DNA from: Gemmatimonadota bacterium
Lineage (GTDB): Bacteria > Gemmatimonadota > Gemmatimonadetes > Longimicrobiales > Gaopeijiaceae
Direction of reading: 5' to 3'
Length of the DNA: 64,000 nucleotides
NCBI GenBank assembly: GCA_028873595.1
Contig: JAPPOV010000002.1
Coordinates: 40,378 to 104,377, forward strand
The notes beneath the pieces were generated by a model. The model searched no databases, had not been told where the DNA came from, and saw only the letters and a list, made by a program, of their open reading frames with translations. Positions 53,340 to 63,969 of this stretch are shown here, in pieces. A program made the translations under genes and the position numbers. Position 1 is the first letter of the stretch. Each line of letters starts with the position of its first letter.

Positions 53340-53392
53340 CGCTCAAATGAATCCCACGCACGACTGACCAACGCACTAAGGAGGAGTTCCGA

Positions 53393-53698
53393 ATGGCAAA
53401 GGCAGCTGCAGTGAATGTTTCGCCGCTCGCGGACCGCGTCGTGGTGAAACCGCTTGAGGAAGCCGAGCAGATGCGCGGTGGCCTCTACATCCCCGACACG
53501 GCGAAAGAAAAGCCGTCCCAGGGTGAAGTCGTGGCCGTTGGCCCCGGCAAACTTTCCGATGAGGGTGCACGCCTCGAGATGGATGTCTCGGTCGGCGACA
53601 AGGTGCTCTACGGCAAGTACAGCGGTACGGATGTCACGCTGGAGGGTGAGGAGTACCTCATCCTCCGCGAGTCCGACATCCTCGCCATTGTCTCGTAA
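53393..53698 (+). CDS. groES: Co-chaperonin GroES
   Basis: [42 protein letters not shown] is present. The product is 101 aa. GGAGG-like AAGGAGG lies upstream. Confidence 0.97.
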   Translation: MAKAAAVNVSPLADRVVVKPLEEAEQMRGGLYIPDTAKEKPSQGEVVAVGPGKLSDEGARLEMDVSVGDKVLYGKYSGTDVTLEGEEYLILRESDILAIVS

Positions 53699-53730
53699 CG
53701 CGTACGCAATCGACTAGGAGAACACGAATC

Positions 53731-55374
53731 ATGGCAGGAAAAGAGCTCGGATTCGACGTCGAGGCGCGAGCGCGCCTCAAGCAGGGCGTCGACAAGTTGG
53801 CTTCTGCGGTCAAGGTGACCCTCGGTCCCAAGGGCCGGAACGTGGTCCTCGATCGCAAGTTCGGATCGCCCACGGTGACCAAGGATGGTGTGTCCGTGGC
53901 CAAGGAGATCGAACTGGAAGATCCCGTGGAGAACATGGGTGCCCAGATGGTCAAGGAAGTCGCCACCAAGACGTCCGACGTCGCGGGTGACGGCACTACG
54001 ACCGCCACGGTGCTCGCCCAGGCGATTTTCAGTGAGGGCCTGAAGAACGTCACCGCCGGCACTAACCCGATGGGCATCCGCCGCGGGATCGACAAGGGTG
54101 TCGAGATGGTCGTAGCGGAGCTACAGGCGCTCTCGACTGAGACGAAGGACAAGAAGCACATCGCGCAGGTCGGAGCCATCTCGGCGAACAACAACGCCGA
54201 AATCGGTGAGCTGATCTCCGACGCGATGGAGAAGGTCGGTAAGGACGGCGTCATCACGGTTGAGGAGGCCCGTGGCCTCGAGACGACGCTGGACACCGTT
54301 GACGGGATGCAGTTCGATCGCGGCTACCTCTCTCCGTACTTCGTGACGGATCCGGAGCGGATGGAAGTGGTCCTTGAGGACCCGATGATCCTCATCCACG
54401 ACAAGAAAGTCGGCTCGATGAAGGACCTCTTGCCGATCCTGGAAAAGGTCGCCCAGACGGGCCGCCCGCTTCTGATCGTCGCCGAGGACGTCGAGGGTGA
54501 AGCCCTCGCGACGCTCGTCGTGAACAAGCTGCGCGGCACGCTCAAGGTCGCGGCCGTGAAAGCGCCGGGCTTCGGTGATCGCCGGAAAGCGATGCTCCAG
54601 GACATCGCAGTCCTGACAGGTGGCCAGGTGATCTCGGAAGAAGTCGGATTCAAGCTCGAGAACGCCGTGGCCAGTGACCTCGGTTCTGCAAAGCGTGTCG
54701 TCATCGACAAGGACAACACGACCGTGATCGACGGTGCAGGTGACGCTGACAAGATCAAGGGCCGGATCGAAGAAATCCGTGTCGCGATCGACAAGAGCAC
54801 GTCGGACTACGACCGCGAGAAGCTGCAGGAACGCCTTGCGAAGCTCGCAGGTGGTGTTGCGGTCATCAACGTCGGCGCGGCGACCGAAACCGAGATGAAG
54901 GAAAAGAAGGCGCTCGTCGAAGATGCGCTGCACGCTACGCGTGCGGCCGTCGAGGAGGGCATCGTTCCGGGTGGTGGTGTTGCGCTGCTTCGCGCGCAGG
55001 CGAAGCTCTCCGGGCTCAAGCTCGACCGTGAGGACGAGCAGATCGGTGTCCAGATCCTGTACCGGGCGCTCGAGCACCCCATCCGTCAGATCGCCGCGAA
55101 CGCGGGCGTCGAGGGCAGCATCGTCGTTGCTACAGTCCGCGACGGAGACGGCGCGTTCGGCTACAACGCACAGACGGACGACTACGAGGATATGGTGAAG
55201 GCCGGTGTCATCGATCCGACGAAAGTGGTGCGGTCCGCGCTCCAGAACGCCTCGTCGATCGCAGGCCTCCTCCTCACGACGGAAGCTGTCGTCGTGGATA
55301 TGCCGGAGGGGGATGGCGGTGGTGCTGGTATGCCCGACATGGGTGGCATGGGCGGTATGGGTGGCATGATGTAA
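53731..55374 (+). CDS. groEL: Chaperonin GroEL
   Basis: [26 protein letters not shown] and the C-terminal [10 protein letters not shown] repeat are present. Confidence 0.98.
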   Translation: MAGKELGFDVEARARLKQGVDKLASAVKVTLGPKGRNVVLDRKFGSPTVTKDGVSVAKEIELEDPVENMGAQMVKEVATKTSDVAGDGTTTATVLAQAIFSEGLKNVTAGTNPMGIRRGIDKGVEMVVAELQALSTETKDKKHIAQVGAISANNNAEIGELISDAMEKVGKDGVITVEEARGLETTLDTVDGMQFDRGYLSPYFVTDPERMEVVLEDPMILIHDKKVGSMKDLLPILEKVAQTGRPLLIVAEDVEGEALATLVVNKLRGTLKVAAVKAPGFGDRRKAMLQDIAVLTGGQVISEEVGFKLENAVASDLGSAKRVVIDKDNTTVIDGAGDADKIKGRIEEIRVAIDKSTSDYDREKLQERLAKLAGGVAVINVGAATETEMKEKKALVEDALHATRAAVEEGIVPGGGVALLRAQAKLSGLKLDREDEQIGVQILYRALEHPIRQIAANAGVEGSIVVATVRDGDGAFGYNAQTDDYEDMVKAGVIDPTKVVRSALQNASSIAGLLLTTEAVVVDMPEGDGGGAGMPDMGGMGGMGGMM

Positions 55375-55420
55375 CCCACTCGCCTCAGGCGATTCGGATC
55401 GAGACGTTCGGTCCGGCCAG

Positions 55421-55453
55421 CGGCCCGGTCACCCTGAGGTGGCCGGGCCGTTT
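55421..55453 (+). terminator. Rho-independent terminator of groESL
   Basis: CGGCCCGGTCACC-ctga-GGTGGCCGGGCCG forms a 13-bp stem with one G-U pair. TTT follows it. Confidence 0.7.
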
Positions 55454-55560
55454 GGGCTGGGTACACCCTGGTCTGCCCCCATGGCGGTGGTTGGACTTCG
55501 GACTGTGGGCGGGGGACGCGGCTCGAGGAGCGGATGTGTTGGAGCGAACCGAAGAACGGT

Positions 55561-56262
55561 CTAACGGCCGGCCGCGTGACAAGCGGCGCATGTGGCCCAG
55601 ATATCCCCAAGTACCTCCACCCGCTCCGGCGCGGTGCGTGATGTGACGGCTCTGTCAGCCAGCTGGCGGAGGCGGGCACCCATGGCTGCGACGGTGTTCG
55701 CATCCTGACCAGTTGGGAGGCCTTCAGGGAGGGCTCCGAGTTCCTTGATCCCCTCCGCTCCGGCAAACCAGGTCCGATCAGACGGCCCAACAAGCCCGTC
55801 CCACAGGAGGCGGGACGCCCAGTTCAGCCCGGCCATGTGACGTGCGGGGCTTCCGACAGGAGGAGGTCCACCGAGGGTGAAGCGCTCACCGAGTGGAACC
55901 CCGTTTTCCGTGTGACAGGTGCCGCAGGTCTGGGCGATCTTCGCCGCACCCGCGGCAGCTTCTTCGCGCGTATCGGCCATTGCGGCCTCACGAGCTTCCC
56001 ACCTCATGGGTCCGAGCTGAAGAATGATCTCGGCGGGAAGGTCATGGGCTGGCTCCAATTCAGCCAGATCGCGGGCGGCGCGCCGAAACTCTTCCAGCTC
56101 CCCATGCAGGGCGAACTGGCGCACCTCGAGGGCCAAATCGAAATGGGTGATCATCTGGCCCCGGGCGGGGCTACCCATATAGGGATCGGGCCGGGATGCG
56201 CACGCCCACACAGAGAGAGCGGTGGCCACGACTGTGATGGCCTTCACCGGATTCCTGAACAT
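55561..56262 (-). CDS. Dihaem c-type cytochrome lipoprotein
   Basis: A lipoprotein-type signal MFRNPVKAITVVATALSVWAC is present. There are two CxxCH motifs (CGTCH, CAACH). GGGAGG lies 7 nt upstream of the ATG. Confidence 0.7.
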   Translation of the reverse strand: MFRNPVKAITVVATALSVWACASRPDPYMGSPARGQMITHFDLALEVRQFALHGELEEFRRAARDLAELEPAHDLPAEIILQLGPMRWEAREAAMADTREEAAAGAAKIAQTCGTCHTENGVPLGERFTLGGPPPVGSPARHMAGLNWASRLLWDGLVGPSDRTWFAGAEGIKELGALPEGLPTGQDANTVAAMGARLRQLADRAVTSRTAPERVEVLGDIWATCAACHAAGR

Positions 56263-56652
56263 CGTTCGCCTCCCTATTCAGTGATGCACGTTACGACCAG
56301 GCTGACACCGTTCCTCAAAGGTCGCAGGTCGCGGGTTGCGGCGGCGTCGGGAGATGCCAGTGATCGGCGTCGGGGGAACTCCCGGTCGTTGATGCGAGTG
56401 AAGCGCGTCACCGTGAGGGGGCCGATCGTCTCGTCGCGGAAGACTGCGTCGCACATTCATGAGGGGTCCTGGCTCGACGGAGGATCGTCGGCCAACCCAC
56501 ACCGAAATGACCGCCGCTAGCCGCCTTCTGGCGACTGACCGGAACGTCATGCTCCGCCACGTGAGGTCCCACCACCACGCTACGCGTGTTGTCCTCAATC
56601 ACACCCCGACCCGGCAGAGGCTGCGGGCGGTGAGTAGGCCCATCGCGGGCGC

Positions 56653-58833
56653 TTAACGCTTCCCGGGCGTGTAGGTCTCTTCGGCGTTGGCCTCGATGTC
56701 CTCGGGGTAGTAGTAGACGGGCCTGAGGTCACCGGTCGCGTACCGCTCGGCCTGATCGTTGAAGTGTGGAGACTCGGGGTCCCCACTCTCCCCGCCGGCC
56801 GTGATGGCCAGCGCCGTGACGCGCTCGCCGAATTCGACTACGGCCACGAAGGAGTTCCCGCTCGTTCCGTATCGACGCACCGTTCCGGGGTAGCGACGTG
56901 CCCCGAAGGACGCGAGGGAGCCCCATCGGCCCGAGTGGAACCCGACGGGAATACTGGGCGCGTCATCGGAAAATGGCTGCTGGATGTCGCCGTTGATACG
57001 CTGGAAGCGGTTGATCTCGCCCCAGGGCGTTCGCCAGTCGCCGAACTCGGTCGCGAGGAGGTCTGAAGCTGCCGCGAGCGACTGGAGGTGCTCATCGATC
57101 GATGCCTGTTGAGCGATATAGTCGGTGGTGCTCATACCAGCAGTCCGCGCCCTCTGGGCGACCCGCTGCATCATGTCCTCGGCCCAATACGTGGCGAGTG
57201 AGGTCGCGACCGACGCGACGTCCCATCGGTAGTCCCAGGAACGCAGCACCTCGATTTCCTCAGAAAGCTGAGCCTTCAGCGGGTTCGACGACGGTGCGGT
57301 ATCGTAGGCCCGGACCAGCGCCGGCACGATTGGCTCGAAGCCCGGCAGCTGAGAGCTGTATGCGACCTCGGTGAGCAGGGTCTCGAGTGTGAAATCCGTC
57401 CGGTTCTCGAGGACACGGATGGCATGAATTCCGCGCGCATTCTCGCCGCTGCGCTGGAAGTACCTCGGGTACTCCGACTCCCTGGGACTGTCGGGGCCTG
57501 CTGAACTGTATGGCCAGTTGTTCGTATTCTGCAGCCATCCGACCGACGGATTGAAGACGTTAGGGGTCTCGTCGATGGAGTGCGGCTCACCCCAGTCGTT
57601 CGCGGAGAGGCTGCCGTCCACCGGCTGCGTCCAGTCAAGGTCGGTTCGCCGTTTCGGGACGAAGTTCGAATGCCAGTACGCGATATTGCCCTCCGAATCG
57701 GCGAAGACCGTGTTGTTCGACGAGTTCGTGTGCATCTCCATGTTCTCGCGGTACCCGGCGAGATCGGTGCGCTTTGTCCGGTCCCACGACTGAATCAGCG
57801 CGGAGAGCGGCTCCTCCATGAGTGCGGTCGCCACCCACTTGCCGTCCTGCGCCCGCACGATGGGCCCATGGTGGGTGCGGAAGGTCGTGAACGTGCGTTC
57901 TTGCATGCCCGCGTCCGTGAGATACGAAACCGTGACTTCCTTGGTCTCTACGGGACGCTCCTCACCGTCCACGACGTAGAAGAACTGCCCGTCGTGTTCA
58001 ACGACGGTCTCCAGATACTCGTCGATATTGTCGACCCCGCTCGAGGTGTGCATCCAGCCTGCGTTCTCGTTGAAGCCCTGGTAGATGAAGAACTGACCCC
58101 AGGTCGACGCGCCGTACGCGTTCAGTCCCTCGTCACTCCGCATGTGCAGTTCGGAGCGGAAGAAGAATGACGTGTGAGGGTTGATCAGCAGCAGCGCGTT
58201 CCCGTTGACGGTGTTCTCGGGTGCGATCGCGATGCCGTTTGATCCACGGGGCTCTTCCCAGTCGATCAGAGGGGCATCGATGTCGAGTTGCGCCATGGCC
58301 ATACCCATCGGGCCGTTCTCGTAGAAGGCCTCGAGCTGCCGCGTATTCACACGCTCGATGTCGCCCCCGATCGAGCCCTCGCTGAACGTCAGGGCCATCC
58401 ACGGCTCGAAACGATCCAGCACCATGGGATCGGTCTGGGGATGCGTATGCAGGTAGTAGTTCAATCCCGCTGCCCAGGCATCCATGAGATCCTTCAGCCA
58501 CTGCGGACTCTCGGCGTACATCCCTTGAATCTCGACTGGGTCGATGAAGAGCTTCATGCGCAGGTCTCCCCAGAGCTCCTCCTCGCCGTAGGCCTCTGCG
58601 AGCCGACCCTGTGAGAAGAGGAAATTGCGCTCGATCCGGTGGAAGTCGTCCTCGGCTTGGGCAAAGACGGCGCCGAAGACGGCGTGCGCGTCCGTGGGCC
58701 CATGGACGTGCGCGATCCCCCAGTCGTCTCGTGTGATCGTGATCTCGTCGGCCATCGCTTCCCACGCGGCGACCTCGGGATCGGTCGGTGTGCAGGCGAC
58801 CAGGGTCAGGGAGAGCAGCAGGAGCTTCTTCAT
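56653..58833 (-). CDS. Penicillin acylase / acyl-homoserine-lactone acylase family (Ntn hydrolase S45)
   Basis: The internal ATG at 58833 gives MKKLLLLSLTLVAC. ITRDDWGIAHVHG and the autoprocessing site region PRGSNGIAIAP follow. The product is 726 aa. Confidence 0.85.
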   Translation of the reverse strand: MKKLLLLSLTLVACTPTDPEVAAWEAMADEITITRDDWGIAHVHGPTDAHAVFGAVFAQAEDDFHRIERNFLFSQGRLAEAYGEEELWGDLRMKLFIDPVEIQGMYAESPQWLKDLMDAWAAGLNYYLHTHPQTDPMVLDRFEPWMALTFSEGSIGGDIERVNTRQLEAFYENGPMGMAMAQLDIDAPLIDWEEPRGSNGIAIAPENTVNGNALLLINPHTSFFFRSELHMRSDEGLNAYGASTWGQFFIYQGFNENAGWMHTSSGVDNIDEYLETVVEHDGQFFYVVDGEERPVETKEVTVSYLTDAGMQERTFTTFRTHHGPIVRAQDGKWVATALMEEPLSALIQSWDRTKRTDLAGYRENMEMHTNSSNNTVFADSEGNIAYWHSNFVPKRRTDLDWTQPVDGSLSANDWGEPHSIDETPNVFNPSVGWLQNTNNWPYSSAGPDSPRESEYPRYFQRSGENARGIHAIRVLENRTDFTLETLLTEVAYSSQLPGFEPIVPALVRAYDTAPSSNPLKAQLSEEIEVLRSWDYRWDVASVATSLATYWAEDMMQRVAQRARTAGMSTTDYIAQQASIDEHLQSLAAASDLLATEFGDWRTPWGEINRFQRINGDIQQPFSDDAPSIPVGFHSGRWGSLASFGARRYPGTVRRYGTSGNSFVAVVEFGERVTALAITAGGESGDPESPHFNDQAERYATGDLRPVYYYPEDIEANAEETYTPGKR

Positions 58834-59095
58834 GGCATTCCGGTTGGGGCTGGGGACTGCGGCAGGGAAGGCCGTCATTGTAGGCCCGAGAGCGCAAACG
58901 GACCATTGCCAGTGACTCGAACGAGAGCCGGATGTGGTACCTCTACCGATTGATTTGGTCGGAAACCCGGCCACATCCGAGGGCACTTCGCCGCTTGCCG
59001 CGGGTGTCTACGATGCACCCCGTGCGGAGGTCACGCGCACTCCCTAGGATTGTGGGACCACTCCGTCCGCTGAATGCCTTCAAGGGTCGTTGTCC

Positions 59096-62000
59096 ATGCG
59101 TCTTGTCCTTCGAGCTCTACCCGCCGTCGCCGTAGCCATCCTGCTTCCTCCCGCCGTCGCGGCTCAGACGCCCGACCAGGTTTCGGCGGTTGCCAACGCG
59201 CTTCAATGGCGTGAGATCGGCCCCACGATCATGGGTGGTCGAGTCTCGGATCTCGCTGTGGTGGAGACGGATCCGTCTGTTTTTTATGTCGGGACCGCGA
59301 CCGCGGGTGTCTGGAAGACAGAGAACGCGGGAATCACGTTCACGTCACTCTTCGACAGCGAGGTGACTGCGTCTGTCGGAGATGTGACCGTCGCGCCTTC
59401 GAACCCCAACGTCGTCTGGGTCGGAACGGGTGAGCCCCAGAATCGACAGAGCTCGCCATGGGGCAACGGGGTGTACCGGTCGACGGATGCCGGTGCGAGC
59501 TGGACTCACCTCGGACTCGCGAGCACTCACCACATCTCGCGTATTCAGGTGCACCCGAGGGACCCGGATGTCGCCTACGTAGCCGCAATGGGCCACCTGT
59601 GGGGCTCGAATGCAGAACGCGGTGTCTACCGAACGACCGACGGCGGCCATACGTGGGATCAGGTTCTCTTCGTGGACGCGAACACGGGTGCGATCGATCT
59701 CGCCATGGACCCGAACGACCCCATGACACTCTTCGCCGCGATGTATCAACGGCAGCGGAAGGCCTGGGGATTCAACGGTGGTGGACCGGGTAGCGGCCTT
59801 TACCGGACGACCGACGGGGGTAACAGCTGGGTAGAACTGACCGAAGGACTCCCCCTGGGCGACAAGGGGCGTATCGGACTCGACATTTATCGCCGCGACG
59901 GGAACTTCATCTGCGCCTTGGTCGAAGCGGACGCGCGAGGGCCGGGCCTTGGCCCGGACAGCGACGTCGAGAACGGCGTCTACTGCTCGACGGATCGCGG
60001 CGACACCTGGGAGCAGCGCTCGACGACGAACAACCGTCCCATGTACTACTCCCAGATCCGAATCGACCCGAACGATCCGGAGCGTATGTACCTCGGTGGC
60101 GCCAACATGTACCGGACCTCCGATGGTGGACGGACATTCACCGCAGACGCGGCGGCCGGTGTACACCTCGATCACCACGCGCTCTGGATCAATCCAGAGA
60201 ACTCGGATCACATGATTTTGGGAAGCGACGGTGGTGTCTCCATCAGCTGGGACCGCTCCGACAACTGGTATCAGTTCCGGAATCTCCCACTGGGCCAGTT
60301 CTACGAGATCGGCGTGGACATGCGTGATCCGTACCACGTGTGCGGCGGTCTCCAGGACAACGGGTCGTGGTGCGCGCCCAGTGACACGCGGTCGAACCAG
60401 GGGATCCGTACCCGCGACTGGTACAACGTCGGTGGTGGCGATGGCTTCTTCACCGTGATGCACCCGACGAATACAGCGCTGATGTTCGGAGAGTCGCAGG
60501 GCGGCAACATCTATCGCGTGAACCTGGAGACGATGGAGTCGACCCGGATGAGACCGATCGGTCGTCCCGGTGGCGACGGCGAGATGCCCGATCTCCGCTG
60601 GAACTGGGACACACCAATCGTGCTATCCACCCACGACGAGAACACGGTGTACGCCGGGTCGAACGTTCTCTTCCGTTCCACGGATCTGGGTCAGAGCTTC
60701 GACGCGATCAGCGGAGATCTCACGTGGGCCATCGATCGGGATACGCTGAGGATCATGGATGTGCCGGGTGCGGAGCCGCAGATGTCCAGAAACGACGGCC
60801 AATCTTCATACGGCAACCTGACGGCGGTCGCCGAGTCCCCTCGGGACGCGAACGTGATCTATACGGGCGCGGACGATGGGCGGCTTCACGTTACGCAGGA
60901 TGGCGGAGGGACGTGGACGGACATCACGGACCGGGTGCCCGATCTTCCGGCGTACTCGTACGTGACGCGGATCGTCGCGTCGCACGGAGCGCCGGGCACC
61001 GTCTTTGCCGCGTTCGACAACCACCGCAACGATGACTTCAACGCCTATGTGTATCGCAGTGACAACTTCGGGCGCGACTGGGATCTGATTACGGATGGTC
61101 TGCCCGTCAGTTCGATGAACGCGCTGGCGCAGCACCCCGACAACGCGCAGCTGCTCTTCTCGGGCAACGAAGTCGGCGTCTACGTCTCCGCAGATCGTGG
61201 GGAGAACTGGGTCCGGATGACGAATGGTCTGCCCACCGTTCCTGTGGACGACATCAAGATTCACCCCCGCGACAACGATCTCGTGATCGGGACACACGGT
61301 CGCGGAATCTGGATCCTCGACGATATCGGTCCGCTGGAGCATCTCGACGGGAGCGCGGTCGCGTCGACGGCGCACATCTTCCCGATGCGTCGTGCCACGT
61401 CATACAACCCGTATACGCCGCAGGGGTGGACTCCCGGCATTTACGCCGCATCGAATCCTTTGCCGGGCGCGCGGATTCGGTACCACCTCTCCGCCGATGT
61501 GGACGATCTTTCACTGAAGATCATGGAGGCCACGGGGGAGCTCGTTCGCGAGCTGGATGCACCTATGTCAGCCGGAGTGCACGAGCTCGTGTGGGACTTG
61601 CAGATCGAGGAACTGGACGACGACGGGGATTCGCGGGGGGTGGGCCCGCGTGTGCTTCCGGGCGTGTACATCGTGCAGCTCACCACCGGGACGGACATCG
61701 TGCAAGTCGAAGTGTCTGTCCGTATGGACCCCCGGGTCCAGATGGGTCGTCGTGATCTCATGGTGCGGCATCAGAGCATGATGGAGTCGTATCGGCTGGG
61801 TCATGCCGTGGGCACTGCAGAAGACGCACTGAGCGAGATGGAGGACCATCTCGACGCCGCGGAAGAGCTCCTCGGAGATCGCGCGCCGGAGAACCTGGCC
61901 GCGCAGATGGAAGAGCTGCGGAACACGCTCGATACCCTCGCGGACGACCTCGATGAGGTGTCCCGTGGAACCGGGGCATGGCGCGGCATCCAGAGGTCCG

Positions 62001-62182
62001 GGTCGATGCCGACCGCGGATGCACTCTACCAGATCGAGCGATCCTGGGAGGACGTACCTCTGGTGATCGATCGCATCAATGGCGTCATGAGCGAGTTTAC
62101 GGCGATCATGGGACAGGTCTACGCCCCCGCCGTGATGCCGGAGGCCCCGGGCATGGTCCCGGCACCTTCGCGCGAAGGCTGA
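59096..62182 (+). CDS. Secreted BNR/Asp-box repeat protein, sortilin/VPS10-like
   Basis: The signal peptide is MRLVLRALPAVAVAILLPPAVAAQ. There are nine or more Asp-box motifs (STDAGASW, TTDGGHTW, TTDGGNSW, STDRGDTW, TSDGGRTF, STDLGQSF, TQDGGGTW, SDNFGRDW, SADRGENW). A helical C-terminal ~170 aa follows. Confidence 0.85.
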   Translation: MRLVLRALPAVAVAILLPPAVAAQTPDQVSAVANALQWREIGPTIMGGRVSDLAVVETDPSVFYVGTATAGVWKTENAGITFTSLFDSEVTASVGDVTVAPSNPNVVWVGTGEPQNRQSSPWGNGVYRSTDAGASWTHLGLASTHHISRIQVHPRDPDVAYVAAMGHLWGSNAERGVYRTTDGGHTWDQVLFVDANTGAIDLAMDPNDPMTLFAAMYQRQRKAWGFNGGGPGSGLYRTTDGGNSWVELTEGLPLGDKGRIGLDIYRRDGNFICALVEADARGPGLGPDSDVENGVYCSTDRGDTWEQRSTTNNRPMYYSQIRIDPNDPERMYLGGANMYRTSDGGRTFTADAAAGVHLDHHALWINPENSDHMILGSDGGVSISWDRSDNWYQFRNLPLGQFYEIGVDMRDPYHVCGGLQDNGSWCAPSDTRSNQGIRTRDWYNVGGGDGFFTVMHPTNTALMFGESQGGNIYRVNLETMESTRMRPIGRPGGDGEMPDLRWNWDTPIVLSTHDENTVYAGSNVLFRSTDLGQSFDAISGDLTWAIDRDTLRIMDVPGAEPQMSRNDGQSSYGNLTAVAESPRDANVIYTGADDGRLHVTQDGGGTWTDITDRVPDLPAYSYVTRIVASHGAPGTVFAAFDNHRNDDFNAYVYRSDNFGRDWDLITDGLPVSSMNALAQHPDNAQLLFSGNEVGVYVSADRGENWVRMTNGLPTVPVDDIKIHPRDNDLVIGTHGRGIWILDDIGPLEHLDGSAVASTAHIFPMRRATSYNPYTPQGWTPGIYAASNPLPGARIRYHLSADVDDLSLKIMEATGELVRELDAPMSAGVHELVWDLQIEELDDDGDSRGVGPRVLPGVYIVQLTTGTDIVQVEVSVRMDPRVQMGRRDLMVRHQSMMESYRLGHAVGTAEDALSEMEDHLDAAEELLGDRAPENLAAQMEELRNTLDTLADDLDEVSRGTGAWRGIQRSGSMPTADALYQIERSWEDVPLVIDRINGVMSEFTAIMGQVYAPAVMPEAPGMVPAPSREG

Positions 62183-62185
62183 TCG

Positions 62186-62377
62186 GTGCCGAAGAGTCGG
62201 TTCATCGAAGCGGAGCGCCTGAAGCCGTTCATCGTGTATCTGGCGGCAGCATTCCTCGTGGTTCTCCTCCTGGGAACCGCGGTTCCCCCAGGGCCGCCGA
62301 GAACGGTCCTGGTCCTCGCCTGGCTGCTGCTGTTTCCGATCGGTGGTTGGAAGATTCTCAACAAACCGGCGAACTAA
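62186..62377 (+). CDS. Small hypothetical membrane protein (63 aa)
   Basis: Two hydrophobic segments are present (FIVYLAAAFLVVLLLGTAV, VLVLAWLLLFPIGGW). The start is GTG, 4 nt after the upstream stop. The call rests on composition only. Confidence 0.35.
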   Translation: MPKSRFIEAERLKPFIVYLAAAFLVVLLLGTAVPPGPPRTVLVLAWLLLFPIGGWKILNKPAN

Positions 62378-62381
62378 CGAT

Positions 62382-63815
62382 ATGACGTCTTTTCGAACGG
62401 TCTCGATCCCCGGCCTGGCGCTGGGTCTTACACTCATGGTTGCCGCGCCCGGTGCCGGGCAGTGGCCGTCGGACGACGCGACGCCGACCGAGTTCAATCT
62501 GGCGATGAACGCCAAGATTCTGTGCTCCGGGATCTGGGTGCAGGGGCGGGACCCCGTACTGCACGTCGCGGGCGACCTGCGGCGCTTCGACCATTTCGGT
62601 TGGGGCGACGACTTCACGTATGCGATCGACGAGGACAGCAGACGTGTCACGCTCTCGTCGCCGCGATCACCTCACGACCGGATTGCACAGTACAACGGCG
62701 ATCAGGGCTGTTCTGTTCTGCCTCGGGGCATGGACGACATCCAGTTCACGCCGTCCGACGTTGGCCGGGCTTGGCCTAACCGTTCCTGGCAGCGCTGGCC
62801 GATGGGCGAACGCAAGTCTGATGGTGCGCTCCCATCCGAGGTCGACGCGCGTGCGCTCGAGGACGCGCTCGACTGGGCGATCGCCAACCACGAACACGGT
62901 CAGAACACGCGTGCCTTCGTGGTGGTGCACAAGGGGCGGATCATCGGCGAACGGTACGCTCCGGGTGTACCGCGCGACATGCCCCATCTCTCCTGGTCTC
63001 AGGGGAAGTCGATCACCGCGGCGCTCATCGGGGTACTCGTGCAGCAGGGCGCACTGACGCTCGATCAGCCTGCGCCGGTCGCGGAATGGGCGAATGACGC
63101 GAGGAGCACGATTACGATCGCTGATTTGCTGCACATGAGTTCCGGACTCGCCTTCAACAATTTCGGCCTTGGCAACGAGAACTCGCTCACGACCGACAAC
63201 CATCATTTCCGGATCTATTTCGACGGCATCAACGTCTTCGATCATGCCGTGAGTTTTCCGCTCGCCGTGGACCCGGGCACCCGGTGGCGATACCTGAACT
63301 CCGATCCGCTCACGTTGGGCCGAATCGTACGTCAGACCGTCGAGGCGAGGGGCGATGACTATCACTCTTTTCCGTGGACGGCACTCTTCGACCGTATCGG
63401 CATCAAGAACGCGGTCCTCGAGACCGATGCGTGGGGTAATTTCATCCTCACGGGATACGACTACATGTCCGCCCGGGACTGGGCTCGATTCGGGCTTCTG
63501 CACCTCCAGGACGGAATCTGGGAGGGCGAGCGGATCTTGCCCGAGGGATGGGTCGAGTTCGTGAGTACGCCCGCTCCGGCAAGTGAGGCCCGGGACTATG
63601 GTGGACAATTCTGGCTGAACGCCGGCGGGCAGCACGACCGTATCCCCCAGGACGCCTATTGGCCGTCCGGCTTCATGGGTCAAAATACGGTCATCATCCC
63701 TTCACGAGATGTGGTGATCGTTCGGCTGGGCCCAAGTCCGGGTGGGGGCGGCGCCTACATGAACGAATACGTGGGGCGGGTCCTGGATGCGATCGATGTG
63801 GGCCGGAACGACTGA
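62382..63815 (+). CDS. Serine hydrolase, beta-lactamase/transpeptidase-like (class C family)
   Basis: ATG 62382 gives the signal-like MTSFRTVSIPGLALGLTLMVAAPGAGQ. An SxxK-type motif occurs in SWSQGKSITAALIGVLV, and a later Y-x-N-like YLNSDP is present. The product is 477 aa. Confidence 0.8.
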   Translation: MTSFRTVSIPGLALGLTLMVAAPGAGQWPSDDATPTEFNLAMNAKILCSGIWVQGRDPVLHVAGDLRRFDHFGWGDDFTYAIDEDSRRVTLSSPRSPHDRIAQYNGDQGCSVLPRGMDDIQFTPSDVGRAWPNRSWQRWPMGERKSDGALPSEVDARALEDALDWAIANHEHGQNTRAFVVVHKGRIIGERYAPGVPRDMPHLSWSQGKSITAALIGVLVQQGALTLDQPAPVAEWANDARSTITIADLLHMSSGLAFNNFGLGNENSLTTDNHHFRIYFDGINVFDHAVSFPLAVDPGTRWRYLNSDPLTLGRIVRQTVEARGDDYHSFPWTALFDRIGIKNAVLETDAWGNFILTGYDYMSARDWARFGLLHLQDGIWEGERILPEGWVEFVSTPAPASEARDYGGQFWLNAGGQHDRIPQDAYWPSGFMGQNTVIIPSRDVVIVRLGPSPGGGGAYMNEYVGRVLDAIDVGRND

Positions 63816-63894
63816 CGGCTACGACTCCAGTGTGGTTGACCCCATGGGGGGCTCCCGCCATCCTTCGCCCTGACGATCACAGCAGGAGACGACA

Positions 63895-63969
63895 GTGTTC
63901 GGCAACACCACCACGACGACCACGACCACCGGCCAGACTACTGGGCGGGGGGTTGCGCTCGTCGGTTAG
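63895..63969 (+). promoter_or_regulatory. Candidate threonine-rich leader peptide ORF (attenuator-type)
   Basis: AGGAG at 63884-63888 lies 6 nt upstream of GTG 63895. The ORF translates to MFGNTTTTTTTTGQTTGRGVALVG, with stop TAG at 63967-63969. It is too short for the ORF track. The downstream target is outside the window. Confidence 0.45.

Noticed and set aside
63846-63856. The 10-bp perfect palindrome CCCCATGGGG upstream of the Thr-rich mini-ORF, considered as a regulatory site.
   Set aside because: Such short GC palindromes are expected by chance in GC-rich DNA. It cannot form a hairpin (no loop), and there is no second copy.
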